In this document: positions 28,538 to 39,042 of the stretch, piece after piece
How positions within the stretch are numbered: position 1 is the first letter of the stretch
Layout: every line of letters begins with the position of its first letter
Assembly (NCBI GenBank): GCA_964408435.1
Contig: CAYOZL010000006.1
Span: 1 to 62,035 of the forward strand
Source of the DNA: an uncultured Bdellovibrionales bacterium
GTDB taxonomy: Bacteria; Bdellovibrionota_C; UBA2361; SZUA-149; CAYOZL01
Direction: 5' to 3'
Length of the DNA stretch: 62,035 bases
Translations under genes and position numbers: made by a program
The notes under the pieces: model-generated
Databases searched by the model: none
Told to the model about the DNA's origin: nothing
What the model saw: the letters and a program-made list of their open reading frames with translations, nothing else

Positions 28538-29757
28538 TTAAGTTTATCCTTTTTTGTTTTTCATTACTTTTTCTACCTTTTTTTATAATCATTTCACTTT
28601 TTAATAAAAGATTAAGAACAACTTTAAGCGAAAGATTGCTATTAGGTAATTGGTCTTCTTTTAAAAAAACAAAGCAAAAACTCATTTGGATTCATGCAGC
28701 TTCGGTTGGAGAGATTAACGGCGTAAAACCTATTTTAAAAAAACTAAAGGAAAATTTTCCGGAAATACAAATTCTAACAACTTGTTTTTCAGATACAGGC
28801 AAAGATGTACTTAAAAAACTTAACCAAGATGTTCTTATTCTTCCGTATGATAATGCTTTCTTTGCAAAAAAAGCATTAGAAAAGGCAAAGCCAGATTTAG
28901 TTTTAATCGCCGAAACTGAGATTTGGCCTTCGTTCTTACTTGAGCTTAAAAATATTCCAGTAATTTATTTTAATGCTAGAATTTCAGATTATACTTTTAA
29001 GAAATATAGTTTTTTCTCTACTTTTTTAAAGAATATTTTATCTCCTGTTGAAAAATTATTTGCACAAACAATTTTAGATAAAAAAAGATTTGAAGAGATA
29101 GGAGCAAGAAATATTGAGGTTATTGGAAACACAAAGTCTGATTTTTTAATAAATGATTTTGATAAAAATAGCTTACTACAAGTGTATAATCTCACTAGTA
29201 AGGATAAAGTTTTAGTTGCAGGAAGTGTTCATCCTAGAGAAGACGAAATAGTAATTAAAGCTTATAAACTGCTATTAAAAAAATATCAGAATTTAAAATT
29301 AATAATTGCACCTAGACATGATTTTGAACATACAGCTAGAGTTCTAAAAGAGCAGGAAGTTAGCTTTTCTAGAAGATCTGAAGATGGAAACAGTGAAAAC
29401 GCATTACTCCTAGACACAATAGGAGAACTTTCAACAGTCTATTCACTTGCTACTATCGCCTATGTTGGAGGCTCTTTAGTCGATGTAGGTGGGCATAATC
29501 CAATGGAGCCAGCTAGTTTTTCTGTGCCTGTGGTAATGGGGAATTTTAACTCAACTGTTAGAGATATAGTTGAAGAATTAGAAAGTTTTGGAGCTTTAAA
29601 ACTAGTAAGCAATTTTAATGAATTATACGGTGCTTTTGATGAATTTTTAAATGATTCTACTAGGGCAAAAGATTTAGGAGAGCAGGGAAGACAAGTTTTT
29701 CTAGAAAGTAGAGGAGCGAGCAATAAAGTAGTAGAGGCAGTGGCTAATTATTTGTAG
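28534..29757 (+). CDS. waaA: 3-deoxy-D-manno-octulosonic acid (Kdo) transferase
   Basis: 407 aa with an N-terminal TM, WIHAASVGE, TEIWP and GGSL...GGHNP.EPA motifs. The 4-nt ATGA overlaps msbA. Confidence 0.88.
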   Translation: MIKFILFCFSLLFLPFFIIISLFNKRLRTTLSERLLLGNWSSFKKTKQKLIWIHAASVGEINGVKPILKKLKENFPEIQILTTCFSDTGKDVLKKLNQDVLILPYDNAFFAKKALEKAKPDLVLIAETEIWPSFLLELKNIPVIYFNARISDYTFKKYSFFSTFLKNILSPVEKLFAQTILDKKRFEEIGARNIEVIGNTKSDFLINDFDKNSLLQVYNLTSKDKVLVAGSVHPREDEIVIKAYKLLLKKYQNLKLIIAPRHDFEHTARVLKEQEVSFSRRSEDGNSENALLLDTIGELSTVYSLATIAYVGGSLVDVGGHNPMEPASFSVPVVMGNFNSTVRDIVEELESFGALKLVSNFNELYGAFDEFLNDSTRAKDLGEQGRQVFLESRGASNKVVEAVANYL

Positions 29758-29766
29758 CTTATAAGT

Positions 29767-31926
29767 TTAAGCTCTTTTCGCCCTTTCAACTCTAACTACG
29801 CCTTTTACTTGCTCTAGCTTTCTTCTAAGCTCTCTTAGCTGAGAGGCGTTCTCAATGTTGACTTCAAAACTGCAAATAAAATTTCCTGATTTTGATTGTT
29901 TCGCAGAAGCATTTAAAATATTTGCCCCTGAGTTTGAAATGCACTGAGTAAGAGATGCAAGCATTCCGATTTGGTCATAGCAAAGAATTTCTAATTTTAT
30001 TGGTCTAGAAGTTTTGATGTTCGTATCCCAAGATACTTCAACAAGTCTTTCTTTCTCGAAATTCATAGACTGAGGACAACTTCTAGAATGAACTGTAACG
30101 CCTCTGCCTCTAGTTATATATCCAATTAAGATATCTCCTGGCAATGGTTCACAACATTTCGCAAAACGAAATACTACATCATCTAGTCCATGAACCTTGA
30201 TACCAGTTTTTTCTCTAAAGGCTTTTGCTGCTCTTTGAAATATTCTTTGCAGTGCAGTATCTTCTTTGCCTAGCTGTTCATCTAGGTTCTCAGTTTCAGG
30301 AAATAGTTTGCTTATGATACTTTTTGTTGAAACTTTTCCATAAGATACTTCAGCATATAGTTTACTAGTTTCTTTGTAGCCTAATTCGCTAACTACTTTT
30401 CCAAGACTTCCATCTTTTGTAACTTTTGAAATATTTGATTTAACTTTTCTAAGTGCTTTTTCTAGTATCTCTTTCCCCAGGTCTTCGGAACGAGATTTTT
30501 CTTCTGCTTTGATCCAAGCTCTAATTCTTTGTTTAGCTTTTGTTGTGACTACATTTTGTAACCAGTCTTTACTTGGAGTTTGTTTTTCTTGAGTGCTAAT
30601 TTCAATTGTATCTCCATTTTTTAAAGAGTAATTCAAATTAACTTGTTTACCATTTATTTTTGCTCCAACGCATTTATTTCCAATTTCTGTGTGTATTTGA
30701 TAAGCAAAATCAAGAGGAGTGCTTCCTAAAGGAAGTGCGATTAGGTCTCCTTTAGGGGAGAATACAAAAACTTCATCTGAGTATAAGTCATCTTTAACGC
30801 TAGTTAAGAATTCATAAGGGTCTTTAAGTAATTTTTCTGATTCAATTAAATCTTTTAACCAAGGAAACTCGTAGTTTTGTGTCTCGTTGTGCTCATTTCC
30901 TGTTTTATATTTCCAGTGAGCTGCAATTCCTTTCTCTGCAATGCTATGCATTTCATTAGTTCTAATTTGAATTTCTATTCTGTGTGCTTTAGGCCCAATA
31001 ACGGTACTGTGAAGGGATTGGTAGTTATTAGATTTTGGCATTGCAATGTAGTCTTTAAATCTACCAGGTATCGGCTTCCACGCGGCATGTATAATTCCTA
31101 GCACCGCATAACATTCCATTTGTGAATCAACTAAAATTCTAAATGCAATTAAGTCGTATATTTCCTCAAAGTTTAAAGCGTTTCTTTCCATCTTATGATA
31201 GATGGAATAAAAATGTTTTGGCCTACCTGAAACATCAGCTTTAATATTATTCTTTTTAAGTTCGTCATTAATAATCTTTACTACATCTTCAATGTAGCGA
31301 AGCCTTTGTTTTTTATTTGTTTTGATGTGATCTTTTATATCATTGTAGATACGAGGATTTAGAAACCTAAGACTTAAATCTTCAAGCTCTGATTTAATCC
31401 AGTTAATTCCTAAGCGATGAGCTAGGGGTGCATAGATATCTAAAGTTTCTTGAGCGATTCTTGTTTGTCTAGCTTCAGATAAAAATTCTAAGGTTCTCAT
31501 GTTATGAACACGGTCGCTTAGTTTAAGCATTAGTACTCTAATATCTTTAGCCATTGCTAAAAGCATCTTTCTAAAATTTTCTGATTGTGCTTCTACTTTA
31601 GAGCTAAAGTTTACCTGGTTTAGTTTAGTAACGCCGTCTACAATCTCAGCTACATCATTACCAAATTCATTTTTTATATCTTCAATTGAAACACTAGTGT
31701 CTTCTACTGTGTCATGGAGTAGGGCTGCAGCAATGGAGAATATATCTAAACGTAATTTTGCGGCAATATGTGCAACTTCAATTACATGGGTAATGTAAGG
31801 TTCTCCTGAAACTCGAGTTTGGCCTTGGTGATGTTCAAGAGCAAAAGTATAAGCTTTTCTTATCAGCTCTATTTCTGGCTGAGGATGGTAGCTTTGAATT
31901 TCACTAATAATATCTTGTAATTGCAA
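29767..31926 (-). CDS. spoT: Bifunctional (p)ppGpp synthetase/hydrolase (RelA/SpoT homolog)
   Basis: 719 aa with an HD hydrolase domain (HVIEVA...LLHDTVEDT), a RelA_SpoT synthetase domain (YIA.PK.N.YQSLHT), TGS and a C-terminal ACT. Downstream of rpoZ. Confidence 0.92.
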   Translation of the reverse strand: MQLQDIISEIQSYHPQPEIELIRKAYTFALEHHQGQTRVSGEPYITHVIEVAHIAAKLRLDIFSIAAALLHDTVEDTSVSIEDIKNEFGNDVAEIVDGVTKLNQVNFSSKVEAQSENFRKMLLAMAKDIRVLMLKLSDRVHNMRTLEFLSEARQTRIAQETLDIYAPLAHRLGINWIKSELEDLSLRFLNPRIYNDIKDHIKTNKKQRLRYIEDVVKIINDELKKNNIKADVSGRPKHFYSIYHKMERNALNFEEIYDLIAFRILVDSQMECYAVLGIIHAAWKPIPGRFKDYIAMPKSNNYQSLHSTVIGPKAHRIEIQIRTNEMHSIAEKGIAAHWKYKTGNEHNETQNYEFPWLKDLIESEKLLKDPYEFLTSVKDDLYSDEVFVFSPKGDLIALPLGSTPLDFAYQIHTEIGNKCVGAKINGKQVNLNYSLKNGDTIEISTQEKQTPSKDWLQNVVTTKAKQRIRAWIKAEEKSRSEDLGKEILEKALRKVKSNISKVTKDGSLGKVVSELGYKETSKLYAEVSYGKVSTKSIISKLFPETENLDEQLGKEDTALQRIFQRAAKAFREKTGIKVHGLDDVVFRFAKCCEPLPGDILIGYITRGRGVTVHSRSCPQSMNFEKERLVEVSWDTNIKTSRPIKLEILCYDQIGMLASLTQCISNSGANILNASAKQSKSGNFICSFEVNIENASQLRELRRKLEQVKGVVRVERAKRA

Positions 31927-32119
31927 TTTTCTGACCTAAGAAAAATCATTATACTTAAAACTATACTGTGACCGGTATATTTACTGCGAACATTATATTA
32001 GCACTATATGCCTATTGGAGTATAGATATTAGTATCTCTCTTTTATAGGCATTATGATGCTAAAGTGCATATAAAAGACTCGAATAGCTGAGTCGATATT
32101 TATAGCTTAAAGTAAAAGC

Positions 32120-32407
32120 TTAGTGTGTTGTAGATTCTGGAGTTTCAGTAGTAGTTGGAGTGCTAGTCTCTTCACTTTCTTCTGCTGGTTTTCTAAGAGT
32201 TCTTAGAGCAATTTCTTGCTCGCTCATGAACTTAACCTTTCCATCAGCGATTTCTCTAAGAGCAGATACAACACATCTGTTTCCTCGAGTATCAGTAACA
32301 GCCTTTTTCCCGTTAAGCAGTTGCTTTGCTCTTTTTGAAGCTAATCTTACTAAAGAAAATCTATTATCTACATTTTCTAAACAGTCTTCTACGGTAATTC
32401 TTGCCAT
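32120..32407 (-). CDS. rpoZ: DNA-directed RNA polymerase subunit omega
   Basis: 95 aa starting [30 protein letters not shown]. Confidence 0.92.
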   Translation of the reverse strand: MARITVEDCLENVDNRFSLVRLASKRAKQLLNGKKAVTDTRGNRCVVSALREIADGKVKFMSEQEIALRTLRKPAEESEETSTPTTTETPESTTH

Positions 32408-32525
32408 TATTCTTTCCTTTATTTATAAGCAGACAGTAAAAAGCTAATATCTACAGCAGTTTACGACATTCGAGGTCTAAAACTTGATTATTTTCTAGCA
32501 TTTAGCATAATTTTTTACTAGCGAT

Positions 32526-33317
32526 ATGAAAAAGAAAGAAAAAATAAATAAAGAAAAAGTAAGAAAAGAGAAAGTAAAGTTACTTAAGCCAAAACTGAAG
32601 CCTGAGCTGAGTAAAAAAATTAAGTCTAAAACGGTTTTAATTCCAAGCTTAATTACTATGGGAGCTCTTTTTTGTGGTTTCTTAGCAATAGTTAGTGCTT
32701 ATAATGGAAAGTTCTTTTACGCGGCAAAATGTATAATTGCTGCTATTATTCTAGATGGTCTAGATGGCAGAGTCGCAAGAAAATTAAATGCAACTACTCC
32801 ATTTGGAAAAGAGTTTGATTCCCTAAGTGACTTAATAAGTTTTGGGGTTGCTCCTGCGATGTTGATGTATTCTTGGGGCCTTTCAAAAGTTGCAGATGAA
32901 ATTGGTTTGCTTTCTTGTTTTCTCTATTTAGTTTGCTGTTCAGCAAGACTTGCAAGATTCAATTTAGATACTGATAGTGGACTAAAATCTTTTACCGGAA
33001 TGCCTAGTCCAGCAGCTGCTGCTGCTTTAGTAACTCTAACTTACTGTTTCCCTTCTCAAGTAGGAAATATATATTTAGCATTTGGAATAATGGTTTATAC
33101 AATTTTTGTAGCTGTTTTAATGGTTTCTAACTTTAGTTTTTTAAGCCTCAAAAAAATGCATCTCACAGAAGCGAATAAAAATAAAAGTATGCTTGGATTA
33201 GCAGCTTTAATCGTATTGTTATGGAAATACTCACAAGAGCTACTACTAATTTTAGCTATTATTTATACTTTTAGTGGACCAGTAATTTATTATTACAAAA
33301 AGCTAAAGAAAGCTTAA
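32526..33317 (+). CDS. pssA: CDP-diacylglycerol--serine O-phosphatidyltransferase
   Basis: 263 aa, multi-TM, with the CDP-alcohol phosphatidyltransferase motif DGLDGRVAR-x8-G-x3-DSLSD. Confidence 0.82.
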   Translation: MKKKEKINKEKVRKEKVKLLKPKLKPELSKKIKSKTVLIPSLITMGALFCGFLAIVSAYNGKFFYAAKCIIAAIILDGLDGRVARKLNATTPFGKEFDSLSDLISFGVAPAMLMYSWGLSKVADEIGLLSCFLYLVCCSARLARFNLDTDSGLKSFTGMPSPAAAAALVTLTYCFPSQVGNIYLAFGIMVYTIFVAVLMVSNFSFLSLKKMHLTEANKNKSMLGLAALIVLLWKYSQELLLILAIIYTFSGPVIYYYKKLKKA

Positions 33318-33363
33318 AGATTATCCTCTCTGTGTCTCTGCATGCTCTGAGACCTTTTTGCTG

Positions 33364-34773
33364 TTAAAGCTTGCTAGCATCCTGAGCATAAATATACCCA
33401 ATTCTTCCTTGAGTGGAGCGAATCTCTAACCATAGTCCAATCTTTCTAATCACTTGAACATGAGTATCTAGTTTTAATCTTGCTAGTGAATTCGAAAGTA
33501 GTGAAGGGGAGCTTAAAACTTCAGTGCTTGTAATAGTTTTATACTTTAATGGCGGATCAAATTCCCTTACATCGTAGGCTTTAATACCCTTGCTAGCCTT
33601 TGGTAGTCTCGGATTAATTTTACGAGATTCTACTCTTTTAGGGCTTTGATCTATTAGCTCAGGCTTGGAGTTTGTTTCAGGACTTAGATTTGGAATTTTC
33701 TCTTTTGGTATTGGTTCTAAGTCTATTTCTTCAGAGTAGTCTTTAGCCCCACTTGTTATATCCTCAGAGTCTTCAAGGGGGGTAGAGTTGCTAATAGGCT
33801 CTTCTTGCTCAGACAATAATACTTCTTCTTCTTTTTCTTCTTCATCATTAGCTTTTTCAATAGATTCAGTATTTGTATTTAGCGATGTTATTCTTTTCTG
33901 TACGTCTTCTAGAATCTTTAGATTAGGACTCTTAGTGTCGTTATTTAAAATTTTTCTTTTTTCTAAGGTTTCTAATTCTCTTGCATCTAGATTAGAATCT
34001 ATTTTGGGAAGGGCTATCTTTGGAGAAAGTGGCTGAGGCACTTTAATGTTGTAATCTACTCTAGCAAGTTGATTTTGTTCTTTAGTAAAAATAAAATTAT
34101 AGGAAAAGCCTAAAAGAATTAATAAAAGCCCTGCAAGTATGTAGGCAAGTGGAAAAGATTTTTTTGTATTTTCTTTAGAGTGGGCTATTTTAGCTATTTC
34201 TTCTTGGGCTGTATCCTTTTCGGAGATAGCTCTACTAATATCTTCTAGTTCTTCTTTGTTCTTCTCTAGTCCGTACTCAGTATTGAAGGTGTCTTTCTCT
34301 AGATTCTCTAGCTCAGACTCTAGTTCAGAAATATATGAGGTAGTTTGTTTTTTATCTCTAGCTTCTTTGATTTCATTCTTAAGACAGTCTGCGTATATTA
34401 CAGCAATTTCTTGTTCTTCTAAAAGTTGAAATGCTTTTTTGGAAGTTAAAACTGATAATCTACTTTGTTTCTTGTTAATCAAAGATTCACAGGTAGCGAG
34501 ATAAGTTGAAGCTGCAAGTGCTTTATGCTCTTCGGTGATTTTATCATATGCCTGCTCAAGTGGAGAGACTAAAGTTGAAGCAGGTAGTAACTTTAAGTTT
34601 AATTGGCAACGAATCCACCAGAGTTTTTCTAAGACGGAGAGCTCAGTCTTTTTCTCTAAAATATCTAGAGCAGATTTAAAATCTTTTTTTTCAATTAACT
34701 TAAACCAATCAAGTTCCTTGCTATTAGGGCTATTCTTTTGGGCGTATTCGTATGAAGCTATGTTTTTACTCAT
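33364..34773 (-). CDS. Hypothetical single-pass membrane protein with a C-terminal bacterial SH3 domain
   Basis: 469 aa with a central TM (FPLAYILAGLLLILLGFSYNFIF), an acidic low-complexity linker and a C-terminal SH3_3-like segment (GLWLEIRSTQGRIGYIYAQD). Confidence 0.5.
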   Translation of the reverse strand: MSKNIASYEYAQKNSPNSKELDWFKLIEKKDFKSALDILEKKTELSVLEKLWWIRCQLNLKLLPASTLVSPLEQAYDKITEEHKALAASTYLATCESLINKKQSRLSVLTSKKAFQLLEEQEIAVIYADCLKNEIKEARDKKQTTSYISELESELENLEKDTFNTEYGLEKNKEELEDISRAISEKDTAQEEIAKIAHSKENTKKSFPLAYILAGLLLILLGFSYNFIFTKEQNQLARVDYNIKVPQPLSPKIALPKIDSNLDARELETLEKRKILNNDTKSPNLKILEDVQKRITSLNTNTESIEKANDEEEKEEEVLLSEQEEPISNSTPLEDSEDITSGAKDYSEEIDLEPIPKEKIPNLSPETNSKPELIDQSPKRVESRKINPRLPKASKGIKAYDVREFDPPLKYKTITSTEVLSSPSLLSNSLARLKLDTHVQVIRKIGLWLEIRSTQGRIGYIYAQDASKL

Positions 34774-34817
34774 TATTTGCTATATTTAGATCGTCTCTAA
34801 TTAATAAATATAACCCA

Positions 34818-35840
34818 ATGTTGAAATTTTTAATACCTCTTTTATTCTTATCTTCATGTTTTAGAATAGGTATCCCAGAAAAGTTTTATACATTTCAAAA
34901 TATTGATAATACTAGCTTACTACCTAAAGTCTTTATAGTTAAAGATGACAAAGAAGATATTTATAAAATTTTTGATGAGAAGAACGTAAAAGCTCTTGGA
35001 AATCAATTTATTTTGGGTCTTTTCCCACTTACCAATTTATATTTAGAGCATGGTATTCAAAGTTACTTTAGAGAAACATTGTCTCAAAATCTTATTTCTA
35101 AAGGCCTGGTGCCGATTTTATTGCCAGAACAATATAGAAAGTCTTTAAGTTGTCCTTGGATTAAAATAGAGCCTGAATCTAGCTTGCGTATCTCAGCTTA
35201 TGATTTACTAGTTACTCGTTTAGTTAAGCTTTCTGGAAATCTAAAAATTAAAATGAAAAATGGGCTTCATGAAAAATTAGAATTGAGCAATTATGATTTT
35301 TACAAACAAGCTTATCACCCTCAGTTAGCTAATTTTATGCAAGATGAAACTAATAAAGTTTTAGATAATTCTAAATTTAGCAAATATATCCAAAGTCGAT
35401 TTTGTAAAAGTTTAAATATTGATAATGCTCTAATGCTTAACTTTCCAAGTATCTCATCTAAGATACCAGAGCATTTCATAAATGAATTTAATTACCAAAG
35501 GTTTAATAAGTCTATGCTTGCAAGATTGGTGCAAAGGGGAGCTGAGACTGCTCTTGAGGATCATTTGGGTAATAACGTGCTAACTGTTTTAGCGGGACGT
35601 ATAGATGCTAAGAATAAATTAGATATAGATTTAAAGAGAATAGAAATTAATAAAAAAAATAAGATTAATTTGCTTTTGGAGTTTGATTATTCATTTAAGG
35701 GAATGAGGACTAAAAAGCAATGTTCTATTGAGCAAGATGTAGACACTGCTAGCGATTCTAATAGAGCCTATGCAGAGGTATTTGCAATAGAAAAAGCTGT
35801 TTACTTTTCTATAGAAAAACTATTATCGGATGAATGTTAA
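34818..35840 (+). CDS. Hypothetical lipoprotein
   Basis: The internal Met gives MLKFLIPLLFLSSC with a lipobox (LSSC). The longer ORF-track start at 34752 overlaps the divergent SH3 gene and lacks a signal sequence. Confidence 0.5.
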   Translation: MLKFLIPLLFLSSCFRIGIPEKFYTFQNIDNTSLLPKVFIVKDDKEDIYKIFDEKNVKALGNQFILGLFPLTNLYLEHGIQSYFRETLSQNLISKGLVPILLPEQYRKSLSCPWIKIEPESSLRISAYDLLVTRLVKLSGNLKIKMKNGLHEKLELSNYDFYKQAYHPQLANFMQDETNKVLDNSKFSKYIQSRFCKSLNIDNALMLNFPSISSKIPEHFINEFNYQRFNKSMLARLVQRGAETALEDHLGNNVLTVLAGRIDAKNKLDIDLKRIEINKKNKINLLLEFDYSFKGMRTKKQCSIEQDVDTASDSNRAYAEVFAIEKAVYFSIEKLLSDEC

Positions 35841-35861
35841 AAGAAAAACACTAAAAGACTA

Positions 35862-38072
35862 ATGCTAGAGAACTTTTATAAAAAATTAGCTAGAAAGGTA
35901 AACATAAGTTCTAGAGATGTTAAAAAAATAGAACAGTATAGTTCCAGTGAACAAGGCTTTGATATTGTTTATGTTTTTAGAAGAAAATCATTATTTGAGC
36001 TTAGATTATGGAATCAGGTTTGTTCTCAACTAGGTTTTAAAAAAGGGGAGGTCTTGTATTTAAGAAGTAGACTTGGATATGAACTGAGCTTATCAAGTGT
36101 GGCTAAGCATCGAGAGTATTTTAAAGAAGAACTTCGAATTAGATTAAATAAGAGTAAGTCAAAAAGTGATGCAGTAAGTAATGATGTAGTCTTCATTCCA
36201 GTTTCATTTTTAGCAGGAAAAGGCCCAAGCTTATTTTATTTTAATTATCTTCCTGATTTCGATATTTTCCCGATTTCAGAAGTTTTTAACTTTTTTCAAT
36301 TCTTATTTGAAAAAAAGAATCTTTCTGCAAAAGTAGGCTCAGCTATTAAGAAAGCTAGAGATGAGAATTCTTTATATAGGAAAATTTCTTTAGCTCTCTA
36401 TAAGCATGAAAAAGCAGTTAAGTCTTCTCAATCGGATGTTGAGAAAATAATAGCTGAACCAAAAATCGAAGAACATATTAATAAAGTATCAATGCAAACA
36501 GGAGCATCTAGGCAGCAGTTAAAAGCTCAAGTGAAAAGTTGTTACGATGAGATAGCAGCAAAAATTAGTCCAATTTCTGTTAAGATAATCTATTTTATAG
36601 TCCGTCCAGTGATGAGGGCTGTTTTTAAAAAAGTGAATGTAAATGGGATTGAGGAATTAAAAGAAGCAATTAATAAAGCTCCAACTGTAATTGTTCCATC
36701 TCATCGAAGCCATTTTGATTATTTGTTAATAGGCTGGATTTTTTATCATGCCAAACTTCCTATGCCTTATGTTGCAGCAGGGGCTAATTTAAATTTTTTC
36801 CCAGTTGGCAGATTTATTAAATCGGCAGGGGGATTTTTTATAAGAAGAAAAACAGGAGCAGATTATTTATATAAATTAGTTCTAACATCTTATTTGAAAT
36901 ATCTTGTTAAAGTAGGTCATGTAATAGCTTTTTACATAGAAGGTGGAAGAAGTCGCTCTGGCTCAATGTTAAACCCAAAGCTAGGAATTTTAAAGTATAT
37001 AGTAGCGACTTGGCAAAGTGGTCAAAGAGAAGACATATATTTTGTACCAGTTTCTATTGCTTATGAGAAAGTAGCAGAGGAGAATGCCTTAACAAAGGAG
37101 TTAAGAGGGGTTAAGAAAAAATCTGAGAGTATTTTTGAGTTATTTAAGCTTGGAAATATTTGGAAGAAAAAATTTGGCGAAGTAACAATTAATATTTCTA
37201 GCCCAATCTCTTTAGATAAGTTCCAGGAAAAGACTCAGGCTGAAAAAGAAAAATCGAGTATAGATTTAAATTTATTAACAGAAGATTTAGGTTATGAAAT
37301 CTCTAGAACTGTAATGAGCAATACAATAGTTACTCTTAAAACTATTACTGCTTTAAGTTTGCTGTCTTTTAAAAATTATCAAATAGATTTAAGTGAATTT
37401 GAAAAGAGAATTAAAGATTTTAAAGATCTGTTTATAGAGAAAGAACTTTTAAGTGATTTTATTGCTAGGAAAAATAAAGAATTTTCCTTTTCAGATTTTT
37501 ATACTTTGGATGGGCAAGTTCTAAGAGCGAATCTAGAAAAGCTCGCTTTAATAGATTATTATAAAAATAATATTCTTCATCATTTATTACCTTATGCGAT
37601 TTTGTCTCTTAGTTTTGAGAAGAAAGTTTTAAGCAGGAAGAAAGTTCATTTTTATCATCAGCTATTTAAACCTTATTTTTTATTAAATCATTGGTCTAGC
37701 TGGGAAAAAGATTTAGAGCTTGTTTTTAAAAAATTAGCTAATAACGGTGTCGTTAAAAAAGAAGCTAATACTATTAAGCTTATAGACACTAAGTATTTTG
37801 AGAAATTTAAATATTTACTTACTCCTTTTTTTGATTCTATCTCTATTGTAGATAATGTAGTTTCTAATAGTCTTATTTTAAATAGTTCTAGTGAGGGGTT
37901 AAAAATAGAAGAAGCTTATTCAGATATTATTTCAATGCAAGATGCAAGGTATAGAGTTGAGAGTTATTCGAAGAGTTACTTAAAATTTGCTAATAATTCT
38001 CTAAAGATTGCTAAGGATCTACAGAGTGATACTGGGGTTAATTTTAGAGATGTTTTAGATTTATCTACTTAG
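35862..38072 (+). CDS. plsB: Glycerol-3-phosphate acyltransferase PlsB
   Basis: 736 aa with the acyltransferase HX4D motif VPSHRSHFDYLL, plus FFIRR, YIEGGRSRSG and VPVSIAYE blocks. Confidence 0.85.
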   Translation: MLENFYKKLARKVNISSRDVKKIEQYSSSEQGFDIVYVFRRKSLFELRLWNQVCSQLGFKKGEVLYLRSRLGYELSLSSVAKHREYFKEELRIRLNKSKSKSDAVSNDVVFIPVSFLAGKGPSLFYFNYLPDFDIFPISEVFNFFQFLFEKKNLSAKVGSAIKKARDENSLYRKISLALYKHEKAVKSSQSDVEKIIAEPKIEEHINKVSMQTGASRQQLKAQVKSCYDEIAAKISPISVKIIYFIVRPVMRAVFKKVNVNGIEELKEAINKAPTVIVPSHRSHFDYLLIGWIFYHAKLPMPYVAAGANLNFFPVGRFIKSAGGFFIRRKTGADYLYKLVLTSYLKYLVKVGHVIAFYIEGGRSRSGSMLNPKLGILKYIVATWQSGQREDIYFVPVSIAYEKVAEENALTKELRGVKKKSESIFELFKLGNIWKKKFGEVTINISSPISLDKFQEKTQAEKEKSSIDLNLLTEDLGYEISRTVMSNTIVTLKTITALSLLSFKNYQIDLSEFEKRIKDFKDLFIEKELLSDFIARKNKEFSFSDFYTLDGQVLRANLEKLALIDYYKNNILHHLLPYAILSLSFEKKVLSRKKVHFYHQLFKPYFLLNHWSSWEKDLELVFKKLANNGVVKKEANTIKLIDTKYFEKFKYLLTPFFDSISIVDNVVSNSLILNSSSEGLKIEEAYSDIISMQDARYRVESYSKSYLKFANNSLKIAKDLQSDTGVNFRDVLDLST

Positions 38073-38293
38073 TGTTGCTTTAAGAAGGATCTATGCTCAA
38101 GCACTTGTCTTTCTAAGTCTGTAACTAAGTCTAGAACTCTAAAACGTATGTCATCTGCAAGACAGGCAATTAATTTCCCGCATTGAGAAATAACCTCATC
38201 TTTGCCCTCTAGAGACTCAAAAATCATCTCACCGGTGCTATCTAAGTGTTCTATTCTTTCTGATAATTCTTGAAGTTTTTTTAATGTATCCAT
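38069..38293 (-). CDS. Hypothetical small helical protein (74 aa)
   Basis: ORF only. Convergent 4-nt overlap with the plsB stop. No recognisable motif. Confidence 0.35.
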   Translation of the reverse strand: MDTLKKLQELSERIEHLDSTGEMIFESLEGKDEVISQCGKLIACLADDIRFRVLDLVTDLERQVLEHRSFLKQH

Positions 38294-38420
38294 GAAACTT
38301 ATGATGCTAAAAAGCTAATAACGTTTTAAAGAATATTGTTTTTCTTTTGTTTTACTTGAAAAGTAGAGTATTTTCAGGTATTTAAATTTAATAGACGCAA
38401 AAGTTAAATATTGCAGATAA

Positions 38421-38783
38421 GTGGATAGATTGATGGAACAAGTTATAGAAAAAGGATTTACACTGAAAATTGAGGCCATTACCTTAGGCTTCGTTCTTTG
38501 TATTATGCAAGCCCTTGATGGGATTCTGACTACTATTGGAGTAAGTAGGTTTGGAGTTGAAGTAGAGGCAAATCCTTTAATTAGAACTTTAATGCAGTCT
38601 TATGGAGAAATTGCAGCATTAGCAATAGTTAAGTCTTTAGCTATCGTAGCAATATGCATGTTAGTTTTTCTCGCACACAGAATTAGCTGGCTTTCTAAGG
38701 CAATGGGCTATGTCGCTGCCTTATATCTATTCGTAGCAATACTTCCTTGGACATATTTACTATTTTTCAAAGAGATTATTTAG
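38421..38783 (+). CDS. Hypothetical small membrane protein (three to four TM; DUF5658-like)
   Basis: 120 aa with the motif ALDGILTTIGV...EANPL. GTG start; an ATG four codons downstream is an alternative. Confidence 0.5.
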   Translation: MDRLMEQVIEKGFTLKIEAITLGFVLCIMQALDGILTTIGVSRFGVEVEANPLIRTLMQSYGEIAALAIVKSLAIVAICMLVFLAHRISWLSKAMGYVAALYLFVAILPWTYLLFFKEII

Positions 38784-38944
38784 TTTCTCTAAGATAGTTT
38801 TCTTTAAATCCCAACAAAAAATTAAATAATATAAAAAAAACTAAAATGAGTATTCAGTTTTTTGATTAAACCTAATTTAAGGATTAGCATGTGAATGAAG
38901 GAATGGCGGTGTTTCTTCATCGATCCGGAAATTAATCCCCGGAG

Positions 38945-38987
38945 GGTCTGTAGCGAAGTATTTCGTTTCAGGCCTTTTTTGTTTTTT
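38945..38987 (+). terminator. Rho-independent terminator (plus strand)
   Basis: GGTCTG (38945-50) pairs with CAGGCC (38969-74, one G-U) and encloses the CGAA-GTAT-TTCG hairpin, followed by TTTTTTGTTTTTT. Confidence 0.6.
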
Positions 38988-38995
38988 ATCTTCAC

Positions 38996-39042
38996 AAAAA
39001 AAATAAAAAAGCGCGACGAGTCATTTTAGGCAACGTCGCGCT
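38996..39042 (-). terminator. Strong rho-independent terminator on the minus strand with no upstream minus-strand CDS
   Basis: A 9-bp GC-rich stem, AGCGCGACG (39010-18) with CGTCGCGCT (39034-42). On the minus strand it is followed by UUUUUUAUUUUUUUUU (complement of 38996-39010). Confidence 0.7.

Noticed and set aside
32008-32052. 8-bp inverted repeat ATGCCTAT...ATAGGCAT in the rpoZ-spoT spacer
   Set aside because: It has a long (29-nt) AT-rich loop and short arms, which is plausible by chance in AT-rich DNA. At most it is a weak intra-operon attenuator, and there is not enough evidence to call it.
34752-34817. The longer N-terminal extension of the lipoprotein ORF (start at 34752)
   Set aside because: The extension overlaps the 5' end of the divergent SH3 gene and would bury the signal peptide. 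The internal Met at 34818 gives a canonical lipoprotein leader (…LFLSSC).
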